From positions 1 to 64,000 of the forward strand of contig JANOSY010000047.1 of the NCBI GenBank assembly GCA_031416075.1: a stretch of DNA of 64,000 nucleotides, in the 5' to 3' direction. Origin of the DNA: Candidatus Tenderia sp. GTDB taxonomy: Bacteria > Pseudomonadota > Gammaproteobacteria > Tenderiales > Tenderiaceae. The notes under the pieces were generated by a model. It saw only the letters and a program-made list of their open reading frames with translations. It was not told the DNA's origin and did not search any database. The translations under genes were made by a program, and so were the position numbers. Positions within the stretch are counted from its first letter, which is position 1; every line of letters begins with the position of its first letter. Shown here piece by piece: positions 49,001 to 57,693 of this stretch.

Positions 49001-51260
49001 GATTCACAACAAATGAAACATCGCCCCCCTCCCTCGCCTGGCTACCGTTTAACTGACTCAAAGTAGCAATCAACGGATCGTTGTCGCTGAGGGTGCCGCT
49101 GGCGCTGACGGTGCCGATGCTCAGGGGCACGGTTTCGCTGCCTTCGCTGGTGGTGTCATCGACGGTGGGCAGGGTGACGGTGAAGCCGCTGACCCCCGCC
49201 GGGACGGTGAGTACGCCGTTGAGCAGGGTGACGCCGTCGCTGAAGCTCGGGGGGGTGTAGTCGTTGCTGTTGGCGCTGCCGCCGCCCAGGGTGTAGGGGA
49301 AGCTGGTCGGGGTGGTCGAGGCGTTGCTCAGTGTCACGCTGTAGACCAGCGGGCTGCCTTCGGCCGCCGTCGGGCTGCTGATGCCGCTGATGGTCGGGGT
49401 GTCGTTGTCGGTGCCGCCGTCGCCCGTGCCGTCGTCCTTGAGGGTGCCGAGCCCCTGGGGGTCGCCAAGCGTGGCGTTGACCGGGGCGCTGAGGTTGATC
49501 TGGAAGGTTTCGCTGCCTTCAAAGACGGTGTCGTTGAGGAGCGCGACGGTGAGGGTTTTGCTGGTCTCGCCGGGGGCGAAGGTCAGGGTGCCGTTCACGG
49601 CGCTGTAGTCGCTGCCCGCCGTGGCCGTGCCGTTGGCGCTGGCGTAGCTGACGCTCACCGGGCTGCTGCTGGGGTTGCTGAGGGTGACGGTGAAGGTGAC
49701 GCTGCCCGCCCCTTCGTTGACGCTGCGGTCGTTGATGGTGAGGGACGGGGTGCCGTCGTTGTCGCTAATGGTGCCGCTGGCGCTGACGGTGCCGATGCTC
49801 AGGGGCACGGTTTCGCTGCCTTCGCTGGTGGTGTCGTCGACGGTGGGCAGGGTGACGGTGAAGCCGCTGACCCCCGCCGGGACGGTGAGTACGCCGTTGA
49901 GCAGGGTGACGCCGTCGCTGAAGCTGGGGGGGGTGTAGTCGTTGCTGTTGGCGCTGCCGCCGCCCAGGGTGTAGGGGAAGCTGGTCGGGGTGGTCGAGGC
50001 GTTGCTCAGTGTCACGCTGTAGACCAGCGGGCTGCCTTCGGCCGCCGTCGGGCTGCTGATGGTGCGGATGGTCGGGGTGTCGTTGTCGGTAATAGTGGCG
50101 GTGACTGGGGTGTTACCAAACAGTGGTGTGGCGGCGCTGTTGCTGGCAGCAGTAATCACAGCACTAAACGTTTCATCACCTTCGTAGAGGTTGTCATTGA
50201 CGGTGGCTACGTTAACACTGGCACTGGTCTGGCCCGCTGGGATGATGACGGTGACAGGGCCAGCGCTGTAGTCACTACCGGGGGTAGCGCTGTTACCATT
50301 ACCACTGAAAACGTTCAAAGTTACACTGGTATCAACGGTACTGACTTTGCTGAGTGTCACGGTCAAACTGACTGACCCCCCCTCTTCTGCCGATGTGGCG
50401 CTTAAAGTCAGGGCTGGGGTATCAGCAATGTCGGTGATCGTTGCTACTAATGGGGTGGTGTTGATGTCAACCGGGCCAATGGGGTTGGTGGCGCTGATGA
50501 TTTGGGCACTGAATGTCTCAGGGCTTTCAACCAAGGTATCTTCTACGGTGGTTACATTGAACTTTACGCTGGTTTGGCCCGCTGGGATGGTGATGGTATA
50601 AATGCCGCTGCTGTAGTCGCTCGTTTCGCTCGCTGTGTCAGTGGCACCACTGTAAATTCTTATGCTGACTACGGTATCCGCTGCGCTGGGCTGGCTGATA
50701 CTAAGGATGTATTCAACCAGCTGCCCTTCGCCCTTTGCCAAACTGACCAGTGAGAGTGTGACGGTCCCTTGTGGAAAGTGGGCAACTGGCTCATATATCG
50801 TTTCCAGCACACCTCGATCTTGGGCAATGCCTATGGTTTCATAGCCGCTGTCAGGGGTAACCTGTTGATTCAGACGCTGCGTAATTTCGGTCTGGCCATG
50901 CCCTTCGTTTTCGAGCAGACCTGCTGCTGGTGCTTCGGCAATCAGTGTTGGGTCACCGCCAGCCAGGATGGCTTTTTGGAGCGCGGAGACATCACTCTCT
51001 TTTGCCTGCGGGTCATTTTCACCCGACTCCTCAGACAGGTCGGCAACCACGTTGGCGTTGATGATGAGCTGGCCATTGCTATCCAGGGCGACTGTTTTGC
51101 CACCATCAAATTCGATGACAAGCCTTTCACCAGACTCATTTTTAACCACGTCAAAGGCAAAAATGATGTCGCCCTGCTGCAGTATCCGCTTTGTCCCTTC
51201 TGGAGAAATAGCAACCGCTGAACCAGACAGAACTTTTACAATACCAACACGCATTGCCAT
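46089..51260 (-). CDS. Retention-module-containing RTX adhesin (LapA-like) with Calx-beta/Ig-like repeats
   Basis: N-terminal retention module ending DPT..APAAG; Calx-beta repeats (DY..GTLTFAPGETSKT, EGSETF); cadherin-like/VCBS-type unit; RTX nonapeptides GGNGADTLV, GGRGNDILT, GGAGDDIFV; T1SS C-terminal signal. Confidence 0.93.
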   Translation of the reverse strand: MAMRVGIVKVLSGSAVAISPEGTKRILQQGDIIFAFDVVKNESGERLVIEFDGGKTVALDSNGQLIINANVVADLSEESGENDPQAKESDVSALQKAILAGGDPTLIAEAPAAGLLENEGHGQTEITQRLNQQVTPDSGYETIGIAQDRGVLETIYEPVAHFPQGTVTLSLVSLAKGEGQLVEYILSISQPSAADTVVSIRIYSGATDTASETSDYSSGIYTITIPAGQTSVKFNVTTVEDTLVESPETFSAQIISATNPIGPVDINTTPLVATITDIADTPALTLSATSAEEGGSVSLTVTLSKVSTVDTSVTLNVFSGNGNSATPGSDYSAGPVTVIIPAGQTSASVNVATVNDNLYEGDETFSAVITAASNSAATPLFGNTPVTATITDNDTPTIRTISSPTAAEGSPLVYSVTLSNASTTPTSFPYTLGGGSANSNDYTPPSFSDGVTLLNGVLTVPAGVSGFTVTLPTVDDTTSEGSETVPLSIGTVSASGTISDNDGTPSLTINDRSVNEGAGSVTFTVTLSNPSSSPVSVSYASANGTATAGSDYSAVNGTLTFAPGETSKTLTVALLNDTVFEGSETFQINLSAPVNATLGDPQGLGTLKDDGTGDGGTDNDTPTISGISSPTAAEGSPLVYSVTLSNASTTPTSFPYTLGGGSANSNDYTPPSFSDGVTLLNGVLTVPAGVSGFTVTLPTVDDTTSEGSETVPLSIGTVSASGTLSDNDPLIATLSQLNGSQAREGGDVSFVVNLNKVSSRDTTVTVTIFTNKSDTAMAGVDYVAGTYTFIIPAGSTSVIVSVPTMMDALVEGNETFSAKIVLAENVNGAVGYTSVSVVGTILDNNVPVAKNDQLSTAEDVKLTVLPSVLLANDVDADGDTLVITSVGAATNGTVVLNADGTISFTPVTNYSGAASFIYTVNDGHGGTSTATANINVTPVADAPSLKLNLTAMEPVAATQTILKETFTDGFENAGWTPTKLAFNSFVDNPSTALNESTPFNSVAWQGNTSDSEWLDFWKVNTTTDQLTYNANGGSGSDDAYGMMAFNLANKGFSTVTQYAVSADLFGYDASQQNNGVGIVFGYTDDSNYFMARWENPGDIYLPGGSQYGNYPGVANQITLVQMVNGAPVYLGAYSNFATPNGFNMKVQVSQTDIKVYLKDDTGQNPGVNPSISYTYGTVVNGAKSAPAIKTIGMYVFDNDNGVEFDNVQVTQPSITGYQYSVNVLAGLNDKDGSESLSAVTLSNIPAGATLKGADGSAIAVINGSATIPVTSDVSKTITILSQAPLSGEQINAMKGAVTATESNGAMASATAGITELPTVYLVASNAAEGAPIIFELRQTVPSSVDTVVTLVIGQPGDTASSGSDYSGAGTRTVTIPAGAVSVIVSIPTIDNTVYENNETISAVITSATSAAGTVSAITTPVSVLIIDNVDYQAVTINNAWASEGNDLLFTVKLSKPSAQSISLDLEALGKTATIANSDFLATNFTYSTNYTGDYAPNGGITLGVVGASTWINASGTTGTVVTFAAGQTEMQVRVRTTEDDRIEPNETLTLRVKQVVSGFVNDSADTAIGTILTDDYVNSAGATVKGQDARVLLGGNGADTLVGGALNDVLIGGRGNDILTGGAGDDIFVIRHIGEGIDTITDYNKNSPTENDKLNIADVLEGVSVTQGNINNFVRVDATGMLSIDPNGTANGTNVVKLSGITSGADVKLIIDQLGTEVIVHVN
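49078..50090. repeat. Near-identical 335-bp direct repeat pair (49078-49412 and 49756-50090; period 678 bp) inside the adhesin
   Basis: Read directly; protein repeats DNDTPTI..ISSPTAAEGSPLVYSV..SASGT.SDND twice. Confidence 0.95.
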
Positions 51261-51326
51261 AACACACCCCAAAGATAGTCAAAACTCAAAAAAACAGGCC
51301 TATTGTACGCTACGCAAATCAAAGAG

Positions 51327-51653
51327 CTAGATGATATCACCCTCGTCCAGCAATGGGTTGGATGTGGGTATTTGCTGACGCAGAAGCTGACGTCCCTGTA
51401 GCTTTTTCTGTACTACAACGGGTAAGTCTGTGGGCAACAGCAGCCGCTTCGCAATCAGCACGTCGATAAGATCCTCGATAACTCGTACCATCTCTGAATC
51501 ACGCTCAGACAGCATTGCTTTAGCCTGTCCCGGCTGAGAGAGAAACTCAATCAACTGAGGATCATCTGCGGCTATCTGCTCTACTGCATCTGCATGAGGA
51601 AGGTCATAAACGCCAATAATCTGCTGATCAGCGCCTCTTGATACAAATAGCAT
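51327..51653 (-). CDS. Small Lap-locus-associated protein (family often labelled 'tryptophan synthase subunit beta-like')
   Basis: MLFVSR.., DSEMVRVIEDLIDVLIAK..DLP..QKKL..RQ.LR pattern recalled from ORFs beside lapD/lapG/T1SS loci; ATG 51653. Confidence 0.75.
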   Translation of the reverse strand: MLFVSRGADQQIIGVYDLPHADAVEQIAADDPQLIEFLSQPGQAKAMLSERDSEMVRVIEDLIDVLIAKRLLLPTDLPVVVQKKLQGRQLLRQQIPTSNPLLDEGDII

Positions 51654-52013
51654 AAAGATTCTCCACAGCTCTAAGCCCACGTAAACGGCGACACATAAAA
51701 AAGCCCGGCCACGCCCGCTATGCATCGCGCCAGCACTCTTCCATTTTACAGTCTGCTAAACATATCGACCTATAAACCATATGTTTAATAGCATCACTGC
51801 CCCCGTTGCGGCAAAACGTACTATGTTCTGGGGTTATCACTCTCACCAAGATTGGAGATTGTGATTGTACAAGTCTGATTTTACTTAACAAAGTAAAAAA
51901 TCATTAATGGTTATTGCCCCACTTCAGATATGTACTGTTCACCAAACTGATAGTAAGACGCGTGGCAATCTTTTAGAATGCCTGCCTTCATACACTCTTG
52001 ATTGGATTGAACC

Positions 52014-52397
52014 ATGATTGTAAAAGCATTACGTGAAGGTTTGGGTAGGGTGATTGTTTTTGGCAGTTTTCTCACTCGACCCAAGAGAGTCACCCGTTCA
52101 TCCGAAGAGCAGCAGGCCGTCAATGAGCGTGCCGCCAAGATGTCACTTTACCAGTTCTACGCCTGTCCCTTTTGTGTGCTTGTGCGCCGTGAGATGCACC
52201 GCCTGAACCTGCCAATTGTGACACGTGACGCCCAAAACAATACCCCCTATCGGCAGGAGCTACTGAGCGAGGGTGGCAACATTCAGGTCCCGTGTCTGCG
52301 TATTGATGGCGGCGATAAACCGGTCTGGATGTATGAATCAAAAGAGATTATCCGGTTTTTGAAAGAGTCCTTTGAACCGCAAACACCATCACACTAA
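52014..52397 (+). CDS. Glutaredoxin/GST-N-like protein
   Basis: LYQFYACPFC, GGNIQVPCLRI, WMYES. Confidence 0.88.
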   Translation: MIVKALREGLGRVIVFGSFLTRPKRVTRSSEEQQAVNERAAKMSLYQFYACPFCVLVRREMHRLNLPIVTRDAQNNTPYRQELLSEGGNIQVPCLRIDGGDKPVWMYESKEIIRFLKESFEPQTPSH

Positions 52398-52492
52398 ATA
52401 TTGGTATGGCGGTGCCGGGATAGCTAGCTGTCCAGTCAGCAGCCGCCTGTCAACCGCCGTTTTATTGTAACAAGCCAGCACTGGAGTTACCC

Positions 52493-53029
52493 ATGACGGA
52501 CTCAAACCCGCCGCTCTTTTCCCGCATTTTTATTGCCTTTGGCGCTTTTTGGCAGACTGTTTTCAACGCTCAATTTGCCGCTGGCGTAGCACGCCTGCAA
52601 CGTGACAGCGGTGATGTGCCACCCGCAGCAGAGCCACCACGGCAAACCACCATGCCGGATGCGGCGTTACAACTGCTTGCTCTGCTGCAGCGCAATGGGC
52701 GCTTGATCGATTTCATCGAAGATCAGGTGAGCAGTTACTCTGATGCGGAGATCGGCGCGGCGGCGCGGGTGATTCATGAGGGGTGTCGCAAGACCTTACG
52801 CGACCACTTTACCCTTGAACCAATCCGTAATGAGAGTGAGGGTAGCCCGGTTGTGCTGGAGAAGGGGTTTAACGCCTCGGCGGTCCGCCTCACCGGTAAT
52901 GTTGTTGGCACAGCCCCCTTTAGCGGCACACTGGCCCATCGTGGCTGGCGTGCCACGCGGGTCGAGCTACCGCAAACGACAACAGGCCATGATGTCACCA
53001 TCATCGCCCCGGCAGAGGTTGCGTTATGA
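52493..53029 (+). CDS. DUF2760-family protein (GrpE-like C-terminus)
   Basis: ALQLLALLQRNGRLIDF, IGAAARVIHEGCRK, RLTGNVVG..PFSGTL.HRGW, IAPAEV. Confidence 0.88.
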   Translation: MTDSNPPLFSRIFIAFGAFWQTVFNAQFAAGVARLQRDSGDVPPAAEPPRQTTMPDAALQLLALLQRNGRLIDFIEDQVSSYSDAEIGAAARVIHEGCRKTLRDHFTLEPIRNESEGSPVVLEKGFNASAVRLTGNVVGTAPFSGTLAHRGWRATRVELPQTTTGHDVTIIAPAEVAL

Positions 53030-54867
53030 GCCGTTATGCCATTGGCATCGATCTGGGCACCACCCACAGCGCGCTATCCTATATCGATCTGACGGCCAGC
53101 GAAGGTGAACAGGTTGTCCAGCAGCTGCTGACCATTCCCCAGCTAAGCGCCCCCGGCGTGGTTGAGGCGCGCCCCCTGCTCCCTTCATTCTTATATATAT
53201 CGCACTCAGATGAGTTCAACCCGGCGGACATTGCACTGCCCTGGAACAGCGCGCCTACTGAGATCGTCGGGGAGCTGGCACGTAACCGTGGTGCCGAGAC
53301 ACCGATCCGCCTCGTCTCGAGCGCCAAGAGCTGGCTCTGCCACTCAGGGGTCGACCGCCGTGCCGCCATTTTGCCAGCTGAGGCACCCGCTGAGGTGGCT
53401 AAGATCTCACCCCTTGAGGCCTCTATCCATTATCTGGGCCATCTGCGCGACGCCTGGAATCAATGTCACCCTGACACGCCCTTCAATACACAGGAGATTA
53501 CTCTCACCATCCCCGCCTCATTTGACCCGGCGGCCCGCGAGCTGACCGCCGAGGCGGCACAGCTGGCCGGCTACCAGCACCTTACCCTCCTGGAGGAGCC
53601 GCAGGCGGCACTCTATAGCTGGATTCAAGGCAGCGCGGGTCAATGGCGCGCACAGGTGAAGGTGGGCGATGTGATCCTGGTGATCGATGTGGGCGGTGGC
53701 ACCACTGATCTTTCGTTAATCGCAGTGGTGGAGCGTGATGGCAAGCTTGAGCTGCACCGGATCGCAGTAGGCGAGCATATCCTGCTTGGTGGCGACAATA
53801 TGGATCTGGCACTGGCCCACGGGGTCGCGCAAAAACTTGCCAGCCAGGACACCCGCCTGGATAGCTGGCAGATGCGAACATTGACTTACGGCTGCCGCAC
53901 CGCCAAAGAGAGACTACTCGCCGACGATACACTGGAGAGTGTGCCGCTGGTGATCGCGAGCCGTGGCTCCAGGCTCATCGGTGGCTCTATTCGTAGCGAA
54001 CTCACCCGCACTGAGGTTGCCACCACCCTGGTCGAAGGGTTTTTCCCGCAGGTGGATGCCGCCGCCCGCCCCGCCAACCGCGCCCGCGCGGGTCTTACCC
54101 AGTTAGGTCTGCCCTACGCCCAGGATGCCGCTATTACCCGCCATCTGGCCGCCTTTCTTGGTCGCCAGACCCTGGCCACGGCAGAACTGCAGGGGTTTGG
54201 CCAGACACCCTCGCCCGGAGCCAGCTTCCTGCACCCAACCGCAATACTGTTTAATGGTGGTGTTTTCAAATCACCCCTGCTAGCCAAGTGCATTATGCAG
54301 GTGATTAACCGGTGGTTGACCGCTGAGTCTGCACCTGCCGCCCGTCTCTTAGAGGGGGCGGACCTCGATCTGGCCGTCGCCAAGGGCGCTGCCTATTACG
54401 GATATATGCGTCGTGGTCACGGTGTGCGGATTCGCGGCGGTACGGCTCAGGCTTACTATGTTGGTATTGAATCCTCCATGCCCGCTGTGCCAGGCATCAC
54501 GCCACCGGTACAGGCACTCTGCGTGGCCCCCTTTGGTATGGAGGAAGGGACCGCTTGTGAGGCAACACCACAACAGTTTGGGCTGGTGGTGGGTGAGCCG
54601 GTACGGTTCCGTTTTTTTGGCTCCTCCGTACGGCGTCAGGACCAGATCGGCACACTACTTGAATTCTGGGCCGACGATGAACTGCGGGAGCTGGGCGAGA
54701 TTGAGGCGACACTACCGGCAGACCAGCGCCGCCCTGGCGAAATAGTCCCGGTCCAACTCCATGCGGCGGTCACCGCTATTGGCACACTGGCGCTGGAGGC
54801 GCTGCCCAGCAGCGGCACTGAACGCTGGCGGGTGGAGTTTGATGTGCGCCAGGGCCAACAGGGGTGA
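53026..54867 (+). CDS. Divergent Hsp70-family protein (A)
   Basis: GIDLGTT, TIPASF, LEEPQAA, DVGGGTTD, LGGDNMD, FNGG; ATGA overlap with DUF2760. Confidence 0.92.
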   Translation: MSRYAIGIDLGTTHSALSYIDLTASEGEQVVQQLLTIPQLSAPGVVEARPLLPSFLYISHSDEFNPADIALPWNSAPTEIVGELARNRGAETPIRLVSSAKSWLCHSGVDRRAAILPAEAPAEVAKISPLEASIHYLGHLRDAWNQCHPDTPFNTQEITLTIPASFDPAARELTAEAAQLAGYQHLTLLEEPQAALYSWIQGSAGQWRAQVKVGDVILVIDVGGGTTDLSLIAVVERDGKLELHRIAVGEHILLGGDNMDLALAHGVAQKLASQDTRLDSWQMRTLTYGCRTAKERLLADDTLESVPLVIASRGSRLIGGSIRSELTRTEVATTLVEGFFPQVDAAARPANRARAGLTQLGLPYAQDAAITRHLAAFLGRQTLATAELQGFGQTPSPGASFLHPTAILFNGGVFKSPLLAKCIMQVINRWLTAESAPAARLLEGADLDLAVAKGAAYYGYMRRGHGVRIRGGTAQAYYVGIESSMPAVPGITPPVQALCVAPFGMEEGTACEATPQQFGLVVGEPVRFRFFGSSVRRQDQIGTLLEFWADDELRELGEIEATLPADQRRPGEIVPVQLHAAVTAIGTLALEALPSSGTERWRVEFDVRQGQQG

Positions 54868-57647
54868 ACATCGGCTATAGTGCCCGCTATATTGTCGGTA
54901 TCGATCTGGGGACCACCCACACCGTGGTCGCCTATTCCGACATCAACAGTGATAGCGAAATCCACCTTTTTGAGATCGAGCAGCTGGTCGGGCTGGGCGA
55001 AGTGGGCAGCCGCCCACTGCTGCCTTCACTACGCTACCACCCCGCTCCCGATGAGTTAAACCCGGCAGATATCCAACTCCCCTGGGAACAGGACAACCAC
55101 ACCATCATTGGTACCTTGGCACAACAGCTTGGCGCACAGGTGCCGGGACGGCTGGTGGCCAGCGCCAAAAGCTGGCTCTCCCACCCAACGGTAGACCGTA
55201 CCGCCGCCATTCTCCCCTGGGGGGGCGCAGACGAGGTCGACAAGATCTCGCCCATGATGGCCAGCGCCAGCTACCTCAGCCATCTCTGCCACGCTTGGGG
55301 GGACCGCTTTCCTGACCACCCGTTATCACAACAGACACTGGTGCTAACCGTGCCGGCCTCCTTCGACGAAGCGGCCCGTGCCTTAACGCTGGAAGCAGCC
55401 AGACATGCCGGGCTGACGCAAGTACGGTTGGTAGAAGAGCCACAGGCCGCCATGTACAGCTGGCTCTACTACCATCGCCACAACCAGCAGGGGGCACTTG
55501 GCAAAACGCGCCTGGTATTGGTCTGCGACGTCGGGGGCGGCACCACTGATCTCACCCTGATCAAGGTCGAACAGACCCCCAGCGGCCCACACTTGACCCG
55601 CATTGGTGTGGGCGACCACCTGATGTTGGGGGGCGATAACATGGATCTGGGGCTGGCCCATCTGGCGGAGGGGCGACTTGTTGCTAGTGGCAGCCGCCTC
55701 GAAAGCGGGCAGCTCTCCCAACTGTTACAGCAGTGCCGCCGCGCCAAAGAGCAGCTGCTGGCGGTCGATGGTCCCGAACAGATCAGTGTCACCCTGCTGG
55801 GCAGCGGCAGCAGGCTGATCGGTGGTGCCCGTTCAACAGAGTTAAGCCGGGGTGAGGTGTGGCACATGCTGCTGGATGGTTTTTTCCCGGAGGTCAGTGT
55901 CGATGCCCGCCCCCAGCGCGGCCGTGGGGGCATTGTTGAGTTTGGCCTCCCTTATGCCGCCGATCCCGCCATTACTCGCCACGTCGCCGCCTTTTTACAC
56001 CACCACGCCGGTGTCTCAGCCGAGGCACTGGGCCGCCAGACATCGGCAGAGGATGGTGTCGTCCCCATGCCGGATGCGCTGCTGCTGAATGGTGGCGTCT
56101 TTCGCGGTACCGCCCTGGCTGGGCGGCTGATTGATGTCATCAGCCACTGGCGTGGCACCCGGCCGGCCCTGCTTAACAACCCAGACCCTGATACCGCCGT
56201 TGCCCATGGTGCCGTTGCGTATGGTCTGGCAATACTGGGACGTGCCCCCAAGATCGGCGGTGGCTCGGCCCGCAGCTATTTTCTGCTACTGGAAAATGGC
56301 ACCCAAACCCGGCACGGGGTCTGTGTACTCCCCCGTGGCAGCAAAGAGGGGGATGAAATCCAGCTTAGCCAGCAGACCTTTGCCCTGCGGCTGGGCCAAC
56401 CCGTCAGCTTTCGTCTGGTCTCATCAACAAGCAGCACGCCCTATCCCGCCGGTGCACTTTTTGACCTGACAGGTGCAGAGTTCCTGCCCCTGCCACCACT
56501 GGTCAGTGTGATGAACCCTATGGCCGATGCAATCGAGCGCGAGTTACCGGTCCAGCTCATGGCCACCCTAACGGAGGTTGGCACGCTGGAGATCTACTGC
56601 GTCAATCAGGAGAATCCCCAGCAGCGCTGGAAACTTGAGTTCCAGCTACGTGGCCAGCACAGTCAGGAGGGCGCAACCACACTGAACGCCCCCTCACTGC
56701 CTGCCCAATTCAATCAGGCCATGGAAAAGATCCAACATATTTTCGACAACCGTTCACAAGAGGTGGAAGGCAAAGCGGTTAAACGGCTGCGTGGTGAGCT
56801 TGAAAAATCCCTGGGCGACAGACACCATTGGCCGGTTCCGCTGCTGCGCGAACTTTTCACCCCATTCATGGACGGGGTGCGCAAACGGCGGCGTAGCGCC
56901 GATCATGAACGGGTCTGGTTCAGTCTGACAGGCTTCTCACTGCGCCCCGGCACTGGTTATCCACTCGATGACTGGCGCGTCGAACAGCTCTGGGCCATCT
57001 ATTCACAAGGCGTGCAATATAGTGACAAGAGTCAAAACTGGTCAGAGTGGTGGACGCTCTGGCGGCGTATCGCTGGCGGACTTGATGAGGTGGCTCAGAC
57101 ACAGATCCTTGATGACATCGCCTACTACCTGCAACCACCGGGCAAGTCACACATCAAACGGAGCGGCCAGAAAAAACAGGGCTACGACGACATGGTCAAA
57201 CTCGCCGCCGCACTGGAGCGGATCTCCATTCAGCGCAAAGAGAAAGTTGGCGGTTGGCTAACCGAACGGCTACGCAAACCCAGCGAAAACCCACAAACCT
57301 GGTGGGCCGTTGGCCGTATTGGCGCGCGGGTACCATTCCATGGCAGCACCCACAATGTCATCAGCCGTGACGTTGCCGAGACCTGGCTGACGCAGCTTCT
57401 CAGCCTCGATTGGAAAAAGATCGAACCTGCCGGTTTTGCTGCCACCCTGCTCGCCCGAGTCAGCGGCGACCGCGAACGCGACATCGATCAATCCCTGCGA
57501 AATGAGGTGCAGCGCCAACTGGAAAGCATCAAGGCCCCTGCCACCTGGGTAACAATGGTACAGACGCTGGTAGAGCTGGACGAAAATGACAAACGACGCA
57601 TGTATGGCGAAACCTTACCAGCGGGCCTCAAGCTACTATCTGAGTAA
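54864..57647 (+). CDS. Divergent Hsp70-family protein (B) with C-terminal DUF3731-like domain
   Basis: Same NBD motifs; ~330-aa Trp-rich extension (GFSLRPGTGYPLDDWR, WWTLWRRIAGGL, GRIGAR, GETLPAGL); GTGA overlap with Hsp70-A. Confidence 0.92.
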   Translation: MNIGYSARYIVGIDLGTTHTVVAYSDINSDSEIHLFEIEQLVGLGEVGSRPLLPSLRYHPAPDELNPADIQLPWEQDNHTIIGTLAQQLGAQVPGRLVASAKSWLSHPTVDRTAAILPWGGADEVDKISPMMASASYLSHLCHAWGDRFPDHPLSQQTLVLTVPASFDEAARALTLEAARHAGLTQVRLVEEPQAAMYSWLYYHRHNQQGALGKTRLVLVCDVGGGTTDLTLIKVEQTPSGPHLTRIGVGDHLMLGGDNMDLGLAHLAEGRLVASGSRLESGQLSQLLQQCRRAKEQLLAVDGPEQISVTLLGSGSRLIGGARSTELSRGEVWHMLLDGFFPEVSVDARPQRGRGGIVEFGLPYAADPAITRHVAAFLHHHAGVSAEALGRQTSAEDGVVPMPDALLLNGGVFRGTALAGRLIDVISHWRGTRPALLNNPDPDTAVAHGAVAYGLAILGRAPKIGGGSARSYFLLLENGTQTRHGVCVLPRGSKEGDEIQLSQQTFALRLGQPVSFRLVSSTSSTPYPAGALFDLTGAEFLPLPPLVSVMNPMADAIERELPVQLMATLTEVGTLEIYCVNQENPQQRWKLEFQLRGQHSQEGATTLNAPSLPAQFNQAMEKIQHIFDNRSQEVEGKAVKRLRGELEKSLGDRHHWPVPLLRELFTPFMDGVRKRRRSADHERVWFSLTGFSLRPGTGYPLDDWRVEQLWAIYSQGVQYSDKSQNWSEWWTLWRRIAGGLDEVAQTQILDDIAYYLQPPGKSHIKRSGQKKQGYDDMVKLAAALERISIQRKEKVGGWLTERLRKPSENPQTWWAVGRIGARVPFHGSTHNVISRDVAETWLTQLLSLDWKKIEPAGFAATLLARVSGDRERDIDQSLRNEVQRQLESIKAPATWVTMVQTLVELDENDKRRMYGETLPAGLKLLSE

Positions 57648-57693
57648 ACAGGTAAGTTTGCGGCTGCGCGGCCATTCAAGGTATCCGTACTTG

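Noticed and set aside
49078-50090. Repeats as CRISPR, mobile element or DGR template/variable pair
   Set aside because: In-frame 335-bp coding repeats; no spacers, cas, transposase or reverse transcriptase gene in the window.
51660-52010. c-di-GMP riboswitch or FleQ site upstream of the adhesin unit
   Set aside because: No convincing GEMM or FleQ consensus found by eye; an Rfam scan would be needed.
53026-57647. Annotation as housekeeping dnaK or hscA
   Set aside because: No DnaK linker or lid, no dnaJ/grpE or isc context; sequences are highly divergent.
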